Below are positions 11,555 to 23,935 of a stretch of DNA of 64,000 nt, piece after piece; position 1 is the stretch's first letter; the number at the start of each line of letters is the position of its first letter. The translations under genes were made by a program, and so were the position numbers. This DNA comes from Callorhinchus milii (taxonomy: Eukaryota), in contig NW_024704742.1 of the NCBI RefSeq assembly GCF_018977255.1, positions 88,910,001 to 88,974,000 on the forward strand, given 5' to 3'. Below the pieces are notes generated by a model. It searched no databases. It was not told the DNA's origin and was given only the letters and a program-made list of their open reading frames with translations.

Positions 11555-11926
11555 GGAGTCCTGTAGCTCAGTAGTTAGATCACACGCCTTGCAAGAGAGA
11601 GACCTGGATTCTATTCACGGCTGGGCGAAATGTTGGACAAGTTTCCTTACTCCACACGCCTCTGTTTACCTAGGAATAAGTAGGCATCCAGTTGTTAGTC
11701 AATTGGCGGATAACTTTTCCAGGGATAATAATACCTCCAAAAAAAAATGTGGTCACTCAATCCACGACTGTTTGTGGGACACTACTGTGTTGCGCAATTG
11801 GCTGCCGCATTTCACTCACAGATATACAGTCAATTCACTTCACAATATATTCTGTGAAGCGCTTTGAGACGTCTAGAAGACATGAAACGCGCTATATCAA
11901 ATGCAAGGATTATTATTTATTATTAT
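11555..11926 (+). mobile_element. tRNA-Ala SINE, long (older) subfamily
   Basis: Same head and tail as the young family plus about 60 extra bp (gcctctgtttacctaggaataagtaggcatccagttgttagtcaattggcggataacttttcc). Tail loop TAGAA. Confidence 0.9.
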
Positions 11927-12049
11927 AGACTGAAATGTATTTTATTCAGGTATTTTACAATATAGATGATACTTAATGGAAATCAGAAAGACATGAGAAT
12001 CTGTGCTGCTGAAGACTTCTGGGCTTCCTTTCCCCCCACCCCTCCACCC

Positions 12050-12427
12050 CCAGCAGATTAATTTTAACATACTCGGATTTACCTTCAAATGCCTGTACAG
12101 TCTTGTCCAACTGTACATCTGCCATCTTGTGTGCACCTGCTACACTGCTCACTGTTTCCATCCCTCCATCCCTGATCTGCTTCAGGCCTGCCCCACTCCA
12201 CCCTGCCTTTCTCGTGAACAAAATTTCAGCCACTTTGCCCCACTCTCAGTAACTCACTGCTGAAACCCCTCCCCCGTTCTGCTTTCAAAACCTGTTTCAA
12301 AACCTATCTCTCTAACCTTAGAGCCATGCTCCCGCTCCCAGCTCGGGCTCCAAATCCGTCTTTGCAAAGCACTTCGATATGTTCTCCTACGTGAAAGATG
12401 CTATATAAGTGCCAATTGTTATTGTTT
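12050..12427 (+). mobile_element. Decayed L2 3' fragment
   Basis: cagattaattttaacatactc...accttcaaatgcctg, with L2 tail gtgaaagatgctatataagtgccaattgtt. Confidence 0.7.
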
Positions 12428-13194
12428 TTAAATTGTTGTAAATTTGATGTAAGGATAGACTTTGAGGACTGGAATTTTCAAACTATCGATCCGTTCCGTT
12501 CGCCAATTCCTGTCTGAAGCAGACTGTGAGATGGGAATGAATGCAAGGATTCTGTTCTTCAAGTCAATAAGGCATTTTGCAGCCAGCAGAGGGGGCTGGA
12601 AAGCAAATGTCGGTGAATTTACTGTCATTTGGCACTGCGCCCTCAGAGTGGGATTTTACATGAATAATAAGCTCCTGAAACCATCTGTCTTCAAAAAAAG
12701 TCACTACATTTGACAGTAACCACCTTGGGACATTATCCTGACGTGAAAGGCGCCATATAAATGTAAATCTGTATTGTATTGCAATTTCTTAAAACTTTTT
12801 GAAGTGCTTCAACATAAAAATGCAAGCATGGTACCTCTGCTGTGCCTGGATAACTGAGCTTATTATGGGACATAACTGCCTGGAGGCAGGCAGTCGTGCA
12901 CTCTCATAGTTCTCTCTTCTTCTCCTTCATTTGCATTTACCCACCGATGCCCACAAAGTGCACAGACACTGCACTATACAATACATTTTGTGTAGTGCTG
13001 TGAGATGTCCTTAAGCTGTGAAATGCGCAATGTCAAATGCAAGTATTATGTGTTATTAATATTATTATAATGTCTGCTTCACTCAATCTCAAAGTCAAAA
13101 ATACTGGTCCATAGTGTGTTATAGTCCAGTGCAATGTGAGTGATTCCTTGGCAATCTAACTTTTTGCCTGTACATGTGATTTTCCCTGCTCCCC

Positions 13195-13763
13195 TGAAGT
13201 AATCCATCGATTCTCTTTGTACAGTTGTCCCAACTCTTCCCTCCACAAGCTGTAGATCACCCAGAACTCTGCAGCTTGTGTCCTCTCCCTCACTAGGCTC
13301 CATGGCCCCATCACCCACACCCTTGCATGGCTCCACTCAGAGGATGGAATTCAAAATCCTCATCCTCACTTTCAAGGCCCTCCATAGCCTTGCCTCCTCC
13401 TACCTCTTTGAACTGCTGACCCCCTATCACCTGTCTGCTCCCTCCGTTCAGCGGACTCCAGCTTGCTCCATTTCTTCCACCCGACCAGCCCTACCATCAG
13501 CGACCGGGCTTTCAGCCTTTCTGCCCCCATCCTCTGGAACTCCATCCCACAATCCCTTCACCTTGCTCCCTCCCTTGCCTCCTTCAAGGCATGACTCAAG
13601 ACTCTCCGTTTCGACAGTGCCATCAGCCGCCCTCTTACCGCTCTGCCCTCCCTCATCCCAACCCTGCACCCCCACGCTCAGGTCCTGATCCCTAACTGTT
13701 CAGCACCATGGGATGTTCTCCCAATGTGAAAGGCATTTTACAAATGTAATTTTGTTGTTGTTG
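13195..13763 (+). mobile_element. L2 3' fragment (tail type B)
   Basis: QRMEFKILILTFKALHSLASSYLFELLTPY in ORF 13278. Tail gtgaaaggcattttacaaatgtaatt(TTG)n. Confidence 0.88.
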
Positions 13764-14012
13764 TAGTGGGTCAGCAAGGAAAATGAAATATTATTTTGGA
13801 GGACTTGGAAATCCAAATTCTGAAACAATAGAGATTCCTCATACTCCAATAATGATCGTCACCATTGTGATGATAACCATCAAATTTCTTCACAATTTTA
13901 CTCAGAAAAATGTGTCAAAGTTATAATTTTACAGAGGTCATTGACATTTCTGTTTTAGAGAAATTCTTCAACCCACCTACATGATCATGAAAACCAACAC
14001 TCACTTACAATA

Positions 14013-14805
14013 CATAATAATAATCCTTTCACATCACAAGTTCCTCTCAAGACACTTCACTGGACATGCTGCAAAGTGTAGGCACTGTATTTTGCGCCCA
14101 GACGGAGTACCCAATTTCTGCAGGGCAATCTCCAAAATCGCAGAGCAAAATAGCTATGAACAATTTTTAATTTGTGAGATTGAAATGTAATGAGATCATG
14201 AAATGTAACCCATTGTGCAATGCATCATATCTAAGTAGTAAATTTGATGGGGACACCAGGAAAAACTCACTTCTCATTTCAAATGGTGGCACAGAATCTT
14301 TAACATCCACCTGAACACGTAGATAGTACCTTGGAGTCCTGTAGCTCAGTGGTTAGAGCACTCGCTTTGCAAGCGAGAGACCTGAGTTCAATTCCAGGCA
14401 GGGCGAAACCTTGGGTAAGTTTCCTTACTCCGCACGTCTAATAATAATCCCTCCAAAACCAAAAACAATAATAAATTGGTCATTTTCAATCTACGACTGT
14501 TTGTGGGACATTGCTGTGCACAATTGGCTGCCACGTTCGCCCACAAATATACAGTCAATTCACTTTTCAGTGTGTTCTGTGAAGCGCTTTGGGATGTCCT
14601 CCGAATGTGAAAAGCGCTATATCAAATGCAAGGATTATTGTTATTATTATTATTTATTAGTTTAGCATTTCATCTGAAGGATGGCACCTCCAACAAAGTA
14701 GAATTCCCCAGGACTGCACTGGAGGGTCAACCTGGTTTATATGAGTTCCAAGTTCCAAAGTGGGGCTTGAACCCACAAACTTTTGACTCAGAGTGCTACT
14801 GTGCC
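14013..14805 (-). mobile_element. Older DeuSINE split by a young SINE and a short local duplication
   Basis: Tail at about 14013, body ggacaccagg...tctttaacatccacctgaac, resuming after 14659 (catctgaaggatggcacctcc...ggggcttgaacccac...gactcagagtgct). Confidence 0.75.
14333..14659 (+). mobile_element. tRNA-Ala SINE, young short subfamily
   Basis: Full head-to-tail match to the other copies. Nested in the older SINE. Confidence 0.95.
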
Positions 14806-15877
14806 AGGCTGCCCCACATAAAGGCAATAATGATTCAGGGTATGTCTTCTTATTTCTACAATACAAGAAGGCTGGGTTTGGATCACTGTGGTCATTTGGA
14901 AGTTGAAATATCATTGCAAATAATTATTGCTCAATTTTGCTTGCAGTGGTTACAGTCAATCCAGTCAAGAGTTTTGACATGAGATCATTGGCTATCAGTC
15001 TCATGAAATGTAACCCATTGTGCAATGCATCATATCCAAGTAGTAAATTGTGTAATAAAATATGCTTCTGTGTATTTCGGAATGTGCAATTTTTTCAACA
15101 CTCACTGAAATATCTGCTGCCAAGCCTTAGTCTGGTTACAATCTGCCTGCAGCCACTCACAGATATGCAGAATGTCCATCCTCCAGCATCTATTTTCAGC
15201 TTGCTCACAGACGATTGACTCACTGAACTGCCTTGTCTGTAACAGCTATGAGCAATGCTTCCATAAATATTGCCCCATTTTTGCAGTTCCCTACAGAGTG
15301 GGTGGTGGGGTGGGGTGCAGAGGAAGTCACAATTAGTCATAATTCTACATCAGAGTTCTGCATGTAAACTAGGGGTTGTAACTGCCATCGTTTGGCTCCC
15401 GCTTGATCCTTCAGTTAGGTAAAAAAAAATCCTCCGACAACACCTTCATCCTTGGGCATAATATTACAAGATTACTGCTTTTCCAATATTCTGGGACTGA
15501 GGGCAGAAGTAGAAGCAACCTGCTCACAAAAGACTGCAATTAAGATATTGTTTGAATGCACTCCATTTTGCTAAAAGGTCAGAAAGTGATTTACTACTGC
15601 ATTATCATCCTCTGCCCCGGACTGAATTGTATGTTTAACTGAAATTGTGCTTTTTTTCAAATACTGCTCAGCAAACGGACTGTGTGTTGTGATAATTTTG
15701 CTAAGTACAGTACTGCTGTTCACATAATTTCAAGGAGAATCGCGGAGATACACAATTGTACAGAAAGATGATATGCAAAGGGCAGGGCAATATCCTGGTT
15801 TTACTCTTTCTACCTTGGAAGACCATTTTGTCCTAAAATCTAAAATTTAAGGTTGAGCAGAATTGTGGAAAATACGA

Positions 15878-16194
15878 AATAGCACCTTACCACATCATCT
15901 CAAAGCGCTTCACAGAATATACCGTAAAGTGAATTGACTGTTTTCTGGGAGTGAAACATGGCAGCCAATTGTGCACAGCAGTGTCTCACAAACAGTCATG
16001 GATTGAGTGACCAAATTATCATTTTTTTAAAGTGATTATTACCCTTGGACTAACGACAGAGTTTCTACTTACTGCTTGGTAAACAGCAGTGTACAGAGTA
16101 AGGAAACTTGCCTAACGTTTCACCTGCCCGGAATTTGAACCCAGGTCCCCTCGCTTGCAGAGCGAGTGCTCTACCCAATATGCTATATGACTCC
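15878..16194 (-). mobile_element. tRNA-Ala SINE, long subfamily, decayed
   Basis: Reverse-complement head ggagtcatatagcatattgggtagagcactcgctctgcaagcgagg, with the long middle segment present. Confidence 0.8.
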
Positions 16195-16634
16195 ATATAC
16201 ATTTGATATAGCACCTTATTATGTTGAAATAGCTCAAAGAGTTTCACAAGATTTTACCAATATGTGCAGTGATGGTATCTTGTAGGCAAACCCAAGTGAA
16301 AGGAGTGATATATGATGTGTTAATTATCACCAGTGCTAATTAGCACATTGGTGTTAAATGGGTAAAGAAATCAGTCAATAATAAACAACATCTGCTGGCT
16401 GCAGGTATAGTCCCTGAATCCCCACCAACCTCTCCCAACACCCCTCCTCACTGACACTCTAGTTGTGCTGAAGCTGCCTGTCAGATAATGTAGCATGGAT
16501 CCCAGAATACCAGCTTAACTCTCATTTTAGTTGAGCTAAGCTGTTATACAGCGAACCAACACGCCCCAATGGGTGCCGAAGTCATGTTTGGATGCCCTGA
16601 AACACGATGAAAATAGAATAAATCTGGACCCAGA

Positions 16635-18085
16635 TGCAGTTTCTCTCCCTCCTCTCTCACCACGACTGTCCGCAAACTCAAACCCACCACCTGCTCCCTC
16701 GATCCCATCCCCACCTCTCTCCTCGTCTCCCAGCTCCACCTTCTGGCCCTCCTCCTGTCCGATGTCATCAACCTCTACTTGTCCACTGGTTCAGTTCCCA
16801 CCCCACTAAAAACAGCCGTCATCACCCCCATCCTGAAAACACCTTCCCTGGACCCATCCCTCCTCTCCAGCTACCACCCCATCTCTAACCTCCCATTCCT
16901 CTCCAAGGTCCTGGGACGGGTCATCGCATCCCAGCTCCGCAACTTTCTCTCTCGCCATTCCCTCCTTGAATAATAATCCCTCCAAAAAAACAAAACAATA
17001 ATAAATTGGTCATTTTCAATCCATGACTGTTTGTGGGACATTGGTGTGCGCAATTGGCTGCCGCGTTCACCCACAAATATACAGTCAATTCACTTTACAG
17101 TATATTCTGTGAAGCGCTTTGGGACGTCTAGAAGACGTAAAAAGTGCTATATCAAATGCAAGGATTATAATTATTATTATAACCCTTCAATCCACCTTCC
17201 GCACTGTCCACAGCACAGAAACAGCCCTGGTCAAAGTTACTAATGACATTCTGAACATCTGTGATCAGGGCTCCCTCTGCCTCCTTGTCCTCTTCGACCT
17301 CTCTGCTGCCTTCGACACTGTCGACCACTCCATCCTCATACACTGCCTCTCCGCTTTACTCAATCTTCACGGATCTGCCCTTGCCTGGTTTGATTCCTAT
17401 CTCTCTCACCGTCTCCACTTTGTTGCCTCTAACGGTTTCTCCTCCAGTCATCACCCAACTCCGCCAGTACCTCACCCCTCAGGCCACTGAAACACTTGTT
17501 CATGCCTTCATCACCTCCAGGTTCGACTATGCAAACGCCCTGCCTGTCAGCCTTCCCAACTCCTCCCTCCACAGGCTGCAGATAATCCAGAACTCTGCAG
17601 CCCGTGTCCTCTCCCGCACAAAACTCCATGACCCCATCTCCCCCACTATCGCCTGACTCCACTGGCTCCCTATCCTTCAGAGGATCCAGTTCAAGATCCT
17701 GGTCCTCACATTCAAACCCTTCCAAGGCCTCGCCCCATCCTACCTCTGTGACCTCCTAACCCCCTACCAACCCGCCCGCTTCCTCCGCTCAGCCGGCTCT
17801 GGCCTGCTCCACGTCCCCTGTCCCACCCGCCCCACCATTGCCGGGAGAGCCTTCAGCCACTCTGCCCCCAATCTCAGGAATTCCATCCCCCAGTCACTCC
17901 GCCTCACCCCCTCCTTAGCCTCCTTCAAGTCCCGCTTCAAGACCCTCCTCTTCGACCATGCCATCAGTCACCGCCTTCCCCTCCCTTCCCTTACCCCCCC
18001 AACCCAGCTTGGGTCTGAAATGCTGTACTCTGTCCAGCGCCTCTCGATGTGAAAGGCGCTATACAAATGTAATCTTGTTGTTGTT
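16635..18085 (+). mobile_element. L2 LINE, 5'-truncated, with SINE insertion and internal deletion
   Basis: LKTAVITPILKTPSLD...YHPISNLPFLSKVL; HSTETALVKVTND...[13 protein letters not shown]; jumps to QLRQYLTPQATETLVHAF. Tail gtgaaaggcgctatacaaatgtaatc(TTG)n. Confidence 0.93.
16971..17180 (+). mobile_element. 5'-truncated tRNA-Ala SINE inserted in L2 ORF2
   Basis: Starts at the internal taataatccctcc and ends in (TAT)n. The L2 reading HSLLE|PLQS is interrupted at this point. Confidence 0.9.
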
Positions 18086-19633
18086 TCTCTCCCTGAGTAC
18101 CTAGAATTGTGGTTGAACAACACTCAAGTGTCTCTCCGTTTTTATAGATTACGCAGAGCACATACAAAGCAACTTCATATGAAATATTTCAAATTAATGA
18201 TATGTGTTCTTCAAAGTATTATTTTTCCCTGAGCACATCGCTGTCCTAACCTTGAAGTGCAGCGTGATGTGTAAAACGAACCCAGCAATGCCAAGTGCAA
18301 AAATATAGCATAAATCAAAACGTCCTTATCTCTTTTTTATTATTATGAATCAGCAGTTTGAAATTGCTGACTGAATTTCACCTTGATTTCATTAAACATT
18401 TATAAAGGCCAATTAATGGGGCAGCTGAGTTAGGCCACAAGGTCCAAATCCATCATGTTGTCATTGCAATCCAGTCAGTAGTGACAGCTGCAGTCAGTCC
18501 TTGTATAGATGTCTGACAATCCATTCCTTCCTAATTAACTACAACCATGTACCAACAAAGTAAATCAAATAATGATACATAATTGCACTTTATGCTGACT
18601 CAAAAAAACCAAAGCACACAGGTCAATGTAGGAATCATTGGCGGCTTGGCTCTGTAACCTTCAGAAAGTTTTCCTATATAAAAAAATTGCATTTATTGCA
18701 TTGAATTTGCTGCGATTAATATCAAAATTCCCTCTCCTGTCCTTTCATTCTGTTGGATTAACTGTTGCAGGGTTGCGCGGAAGGAATCAAAGCATTTCCG
18801 CTTTGATGTTTAACAAAACATATTTAGTCACATAATGTAGAATATTTTAAACTTCCAAATATTTCAAAAATCAGATACTACATATCAAAGCCTAGACCTG
18901 GGTGAAGTTTCACACAAAGCAATACTTACACCCAATGAGTCATTAGGAAGCCCATTTAGATATTTATATTTATGAAATAAATAATAATCGCATGAAATCT
19001 GTTAGGTTACATCAAAATTTTCACCCCTCCCCATGAAAACAAGTAATAATATGGAAGACAAATTTATTTATTTCAATGGACATCTCTACTCCACTGGTGT
19101 ACAGACATTGAACAGACACAATCAAACAAACAAGCTTCTCTTTGTCTGTAAACTCTAATCAGTTCATTTTGTTGAAGATTTCAGAAATCATACCTCTGCT
19201 GGCTGCATTACAATATATTTGTATAAACAGTGTATTGGGGCTTCAAATATCATGGGGATTCTTGGTGGAATTAAGTTTTCTTTGATTTGATTAATAGAGG
19301 AATAAAGCTCAGGGTCAGGGAGAGACTACAGAGTTTTAGGATCAGAATGTGTTGGGAACAGGATGGATTAGGGGTTTGTACCTGTAGGGTATCTTCATAA
19401 TAGTGTTCTAAGAGTGACAATATTTTAGCTAAAGCATGTCAGTAGCAGCAATGACAGTGTCAACACACTTCATTCCCAAACCAGGAGGACGTTTCTCTGT
19501 GTATTTGTTCTGGCTCATGTCAACATCTCAAGCCAAATATCTTGCACGAGAGTTTAAAAATGTTAATGATTTTGTTATTATCCAATACAAATATGGATAA
19601 ATGTATTCTGGATGTATAGATAAATAGAATTGT

Positions 19634-19968
19634 GGAGTCCTGCAGCTCAGTGGTTAGAGCACTCGCTTTGCAAGTGAGAGACCTGGGTTCAATTCCAGGC
19701 AGAGGGCGAAACCTTGGGCAAGTTTCCTTACTCCACACAGAGCCTAATAATAATCCCTCCAAAACCAAAAACAATAATAAATTGGTCATTTTCAATCTAT
19801 GACTGTTTGTGGGACATTGCTGTGCGCAATTGGCTGCTGCGTTCGCCCACAAATATACAGTCAATTCACTTTACAGTGTGTTCTGTGAAGTGCTTTGGGA
19901 CGTCCACCCGACGTGAAAAGCGCTATTTCAAATGCAAGGATTATTATTATTATTTTTATTATTATTAT
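19634..19968 (+). mobile_element. tRNA-Ala SINE, young short subfamily (AG-insertion variant)
   Basis: Shares the diagnostic ggcagagggcg and ccacacagagcc with the copies at 2029 and 5206. Confidence 0.95.
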
Positions 19969-20419
19969 ACGAGGTATAAGTATATACTACATATACTATT
20001 ATATATCTGATTATTAAATACATTATTAATTTTTAGCTTTGAAAATACAACCACAACAACAACAGCTTTACATAGGATAGCAACTCAGAGGACTTAAATA
20101 AATAACATCAAGGTTTTTTCCAATAAACCATATCAAGTTAGAAACTTTCTTATATATTTCATCTCCTAAATATTCAAAAGAGAATTTATTCCAAAAGCTT
20201 GAAATTAAGTGAGTGAAAAATTAGAGATTAACCCTGAAGCAAATGGCATTACTGCAATATTTAATGTATTTCTGCCAATTATTTTCTGTAAGTGTTTGAT
20301 AATTTACATTATCATTATCTCGGTACTAAAATGATATCTGTTTGCAAGTGATCGCAATTTACATTTGATCACAATGGATGTGTGGTTGCAATGGACATGT
20401 GATCACAATGATCACAAGA

Positions 20420-20672
20420 TTGGTTGGATGAGTGGCCCATTTGATCTCATCCTTCCAGAATACCCACACTGCAGTCTTCATATCACAGCATCAAGTTGAT
20501 AATTTTAAATAAATCCAGCATCCTAGTCTCAACCAGTCTGCCTGGCAACCTGTTCCAATCATTAGTTACCCTTGAGGTAAAGAAAAACGTTCTAGTGTCT
20601 GTCCTGAAATTGCTCTGTACAACTCTAAACCTGCGTCTTCCTGTTCTACTGTTTTGATGCATTCTAAAGTAA
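20420..20672 (-). mobile_element. Old CR1 3' fragment
   Basis: ggatgagtggcccatt...tcaagttgataattttaaataaatccagc...ctggcaacctgttccaatcattagttacccttgaggtaaagaaaaacgttct resembles antisense CR1 ORF2 end and 3'UTR. Confidence 0.6.
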
Positions 20673-20699
20673 AGGACGTAATCACAATGGACATAATGT

Positions 20700-21687
20700 C
20701 ATCACATGACATCAATTTGATCATTGGAAGAAATGCAAATGACAACTAGGTCAATATTACACTCCAATTGCAAAGAATGTGGCTGGTATTTTTGTTGGTA
20801 AAGATAGAAACATTGTTGTATACCTGCATGGTAATGCTTGGGGTCAAGACTTAACAAGAAATTCAGTTCCTAACCTTGTTTTCTTTCACCATTTCACTTT
20901 CTGCTAAGTATTTACTGTAGCCCTATGATGTGTCCAATTCTCTTAACCTTGGGAGATCCTAGAGCGGTGGCAGGAATGAACCACCATGAAGACAACCAAA
21001 CAATGAATAGACAGAATGCTGCAGTTCATCATCTGGTACCAGGGAAGGTTAATTCATTCAAATTCACAATGGAGGAACACTGTGAAGACCAAAGTTAATA
21101 GATCAAACCAGAGAAAATCAAGGTCCAATTCAACTTGAAATGACCAAGGACTCGTGACCCATATCACAAATCTGGCCATCATAGTGGAACAAGAGCTGAT
21201 AAAATCATTATCTTGCTGTCCTCTTTTCAAGATGGTCACTGAGTAATGCAACACTCATTTCACGTGACACATTTCGGGAAGCTACTTCTTATCTCATGTT
21301 AATCTCAATCCACAATGGGAAGAAACAAAAGAAAGTTTAGAACCAGGTTCGATCCTGAACACAGACCAGATTTGGTTACAAGAATTTCATAGTTTCCAAT
21401 TAGCTGAACCTTTGGATGATATTCCACTCACTCTGAAGCAAAGTCAATTCCCAATCGGTCTTGCATTTATAATAACCATCAACAAGTTGCAACATCTAAT
21501 ATTTAACAAGATCCGTTACTTTCTACCTCAACAAACCATCAGCCATTGTCAGATTTATGTCCTGTTCTCTACAGTTTATACATTTAATTGCATGAAGGTT
21601 ATAAGTGTTCCAAACTGAAGCAAAGGGCCATAGCAGAAGTTCCTTGCTTGCAGAAAACGTAAGATTCTGTATAAAGAAGTGTTGTGA
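20700..21687 (+). mobile_element. Helitron RepHel relic, internally deleted
   Basis: Colinear RepHel-like motifs across frameshifts: QYYTPIAKNVAGIFVGKDRNIVVY (20752), CSPMMCPILLTLGD (20916), KIIILLSSFQ, FGK..NPQWEETKESLEPG..RPDLVTRI, then the helicase end IPLTLKQSQFPIGLAFIITINKLQ...SHCQIYVLFS and terminal LYKEVL* (21667-21687). Confidence 0.85.
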
Positions 21688-23935
21688 TAGTTTTTTTGTA
21701 CAATTGTCAGTTGATTTTCTTTACTTTTGATTGTTTACTGCCAGATCTGACAACTATTAAAAATTACATGACCTGTAATATTTTTATTTATTAATAATAA
21801 TCCTTGCACTTTATTTAGCACCTTGTTACATCATCGAAACATCTCGCAGCAATTTACAGGAATTACTATGAAGTCTAGTTAGTGTGTATTTGTAGTCAAT
21901 ATTCAAAATTAAGTGACCTATTTTTCTATGTTTTATATGCGAACTCTTTGAAAACTAAAACCCTATTTCCACCCTTAATGATTAGGTAATTGATATTTTC
22001 CTTTGTTTTATTAGAATTGGATTTTAATTTTTTATTCATAAAACAGTTACTCTACTTTACAGTAATGTGTTTTTCTACTCCAAGCTCCACTTTTCACATC
22101 TTGCAAGAATATTCTCTCCCTTTCTCCAGAGGAAGATGAGAGGAAATTATCTCTTGATCAGTGTATGCAGACCTGATGGCTGGAGTCTGGCAGCAGGCTA
22201 GCTAACTGCTGTTGATTTGATGGTAGTGTGTAACATGGGGAGATTCATCAAAAAGGAAGGAAAGAAAATAACAAAAGAGATTTAACCGGATGCATAAGCG
22301 GTTGTTTGTTTTTGGAGGGAGTCTTCCCTGGGCAGTTATAGAACTCATTCTACCCCTTAACCCTGGGACTAATGCTGTGTGATGTATCATCCTCCGATAT
22401 AGACATTTAGTTTAATGTCTCGTTTGAAGAATGGCACCTTAGACACTGTGGTGCTGTCTAACACTGGTTGTATTAGAATATTAGCATGATGCATAGTAAT
22501 ATCAGCATTAGGGTTACTAAAATTGTTCCCCCAACCCCCATAAATAAGAATTATTCAGATTTCCACCATCTGGCCCAGAAGCCAGGCTGCTAACACAACT
22601 AGTCAACTAATATCTATTTATAGAAACACATCAAGGTACAGTATGTATCACAAGAACACATATGCTGACAGATGCAGACAAGTTGCTTCTGTCCAGCTTG
22701 AGAAACATGATTAACTGCATATCACGAGGACGTCTGGCTGTGGGTGCCCAGTATTAACAGTCAACTCGTTTGCCTACAAAATTAATTCTGTGGAAGGTGC
22801 GCAGACAGTAGTGATGATCAGTCATTTAAATTGCTACATATCTGAAACGTTCCATTGCAAACGCCTAGAGGCTTATGTGTCAATACAAAACTAGGGTATA
22901 TTCTGCTGGTGGTGTTCAGAAATAGAAAAGGGGTTGCATTATTACTGAGGAAAAGCCGATAGATACTAGGTCTCACATCAAAGCTGCAATGTTGGTTCCT
23001 GGAGTTCAGGATTGGCTTTACCTGCAAAACAATTACTTTGCGTTGATTCCTTCATTATTTTTGGAACTATTGAGAGAGAGAGAAAGAAAAAAAGAAATGC
23101 ACAGCCCCGAGTGAATTGCTTTTCCTCAGTTAGCTTTCCTTCACATCAGACTTTCATACATGAGGTAGGCAGGCACTCTCTGGGGAAAGGCAGACTGATG
23201 CCAAAAGCACTCATCAGAGCATACCGACAGAGACAGCTTACACCATCCGAAGAGGTGAAACATAGCTTTCTGTAATCAGTACAGATGCCATTGTTTTAAT
23301 ATATACTGGACACACTTAGCTGAAAATCCTTCAAGTCAACAGCTAGTTTTACCCAAATGCTTGTATCGTATGGAACTTGTCACCCACCTTTTGTTTTCAT
23401 TTGCTTCACTGTCTTTTGACCATTAAACATCTAATGGACATAGCGCAGTTTACTGGTGGGAGCAGATGGCTTTCTGGCTTCCCATTTCATTGACACATGA
23501 ACTGTGTGGCATGTGACATTAATCAGCTCAAAGCCAAAGAATATACCAGGAAGTTAAAATCAACAGGTCAAATAATACTTGGCTTTATAATACACAGCAG
23601 CTTCTTAATCAGTGAGAGATCCTGACCCCCCTACCGATCGTTACTGCCTGCTGCTGTGCGAAAGGTTGAAAATATTGATGGGACCAGGTAAAATAGATTA
23701 AAATAAATCAAGAAGCAGGAAAACTGAGGTGAAAAATGCCTTTTTGATATTTTTCAAAAACTATTACTAAGATATTTGGTATCAATTATAGGTTTAAAAC
23801 AGTTTCATCAAATGACACCAAAACTATGACATTCTGCACAGCCAGACAATGATATCTGGTTTCTTTACCCATTCCAGGCACCCTACTGCATACAATTTGT
23901 TTTAAAAGGGACACTGTCAGTAGACAAACTTCCAG

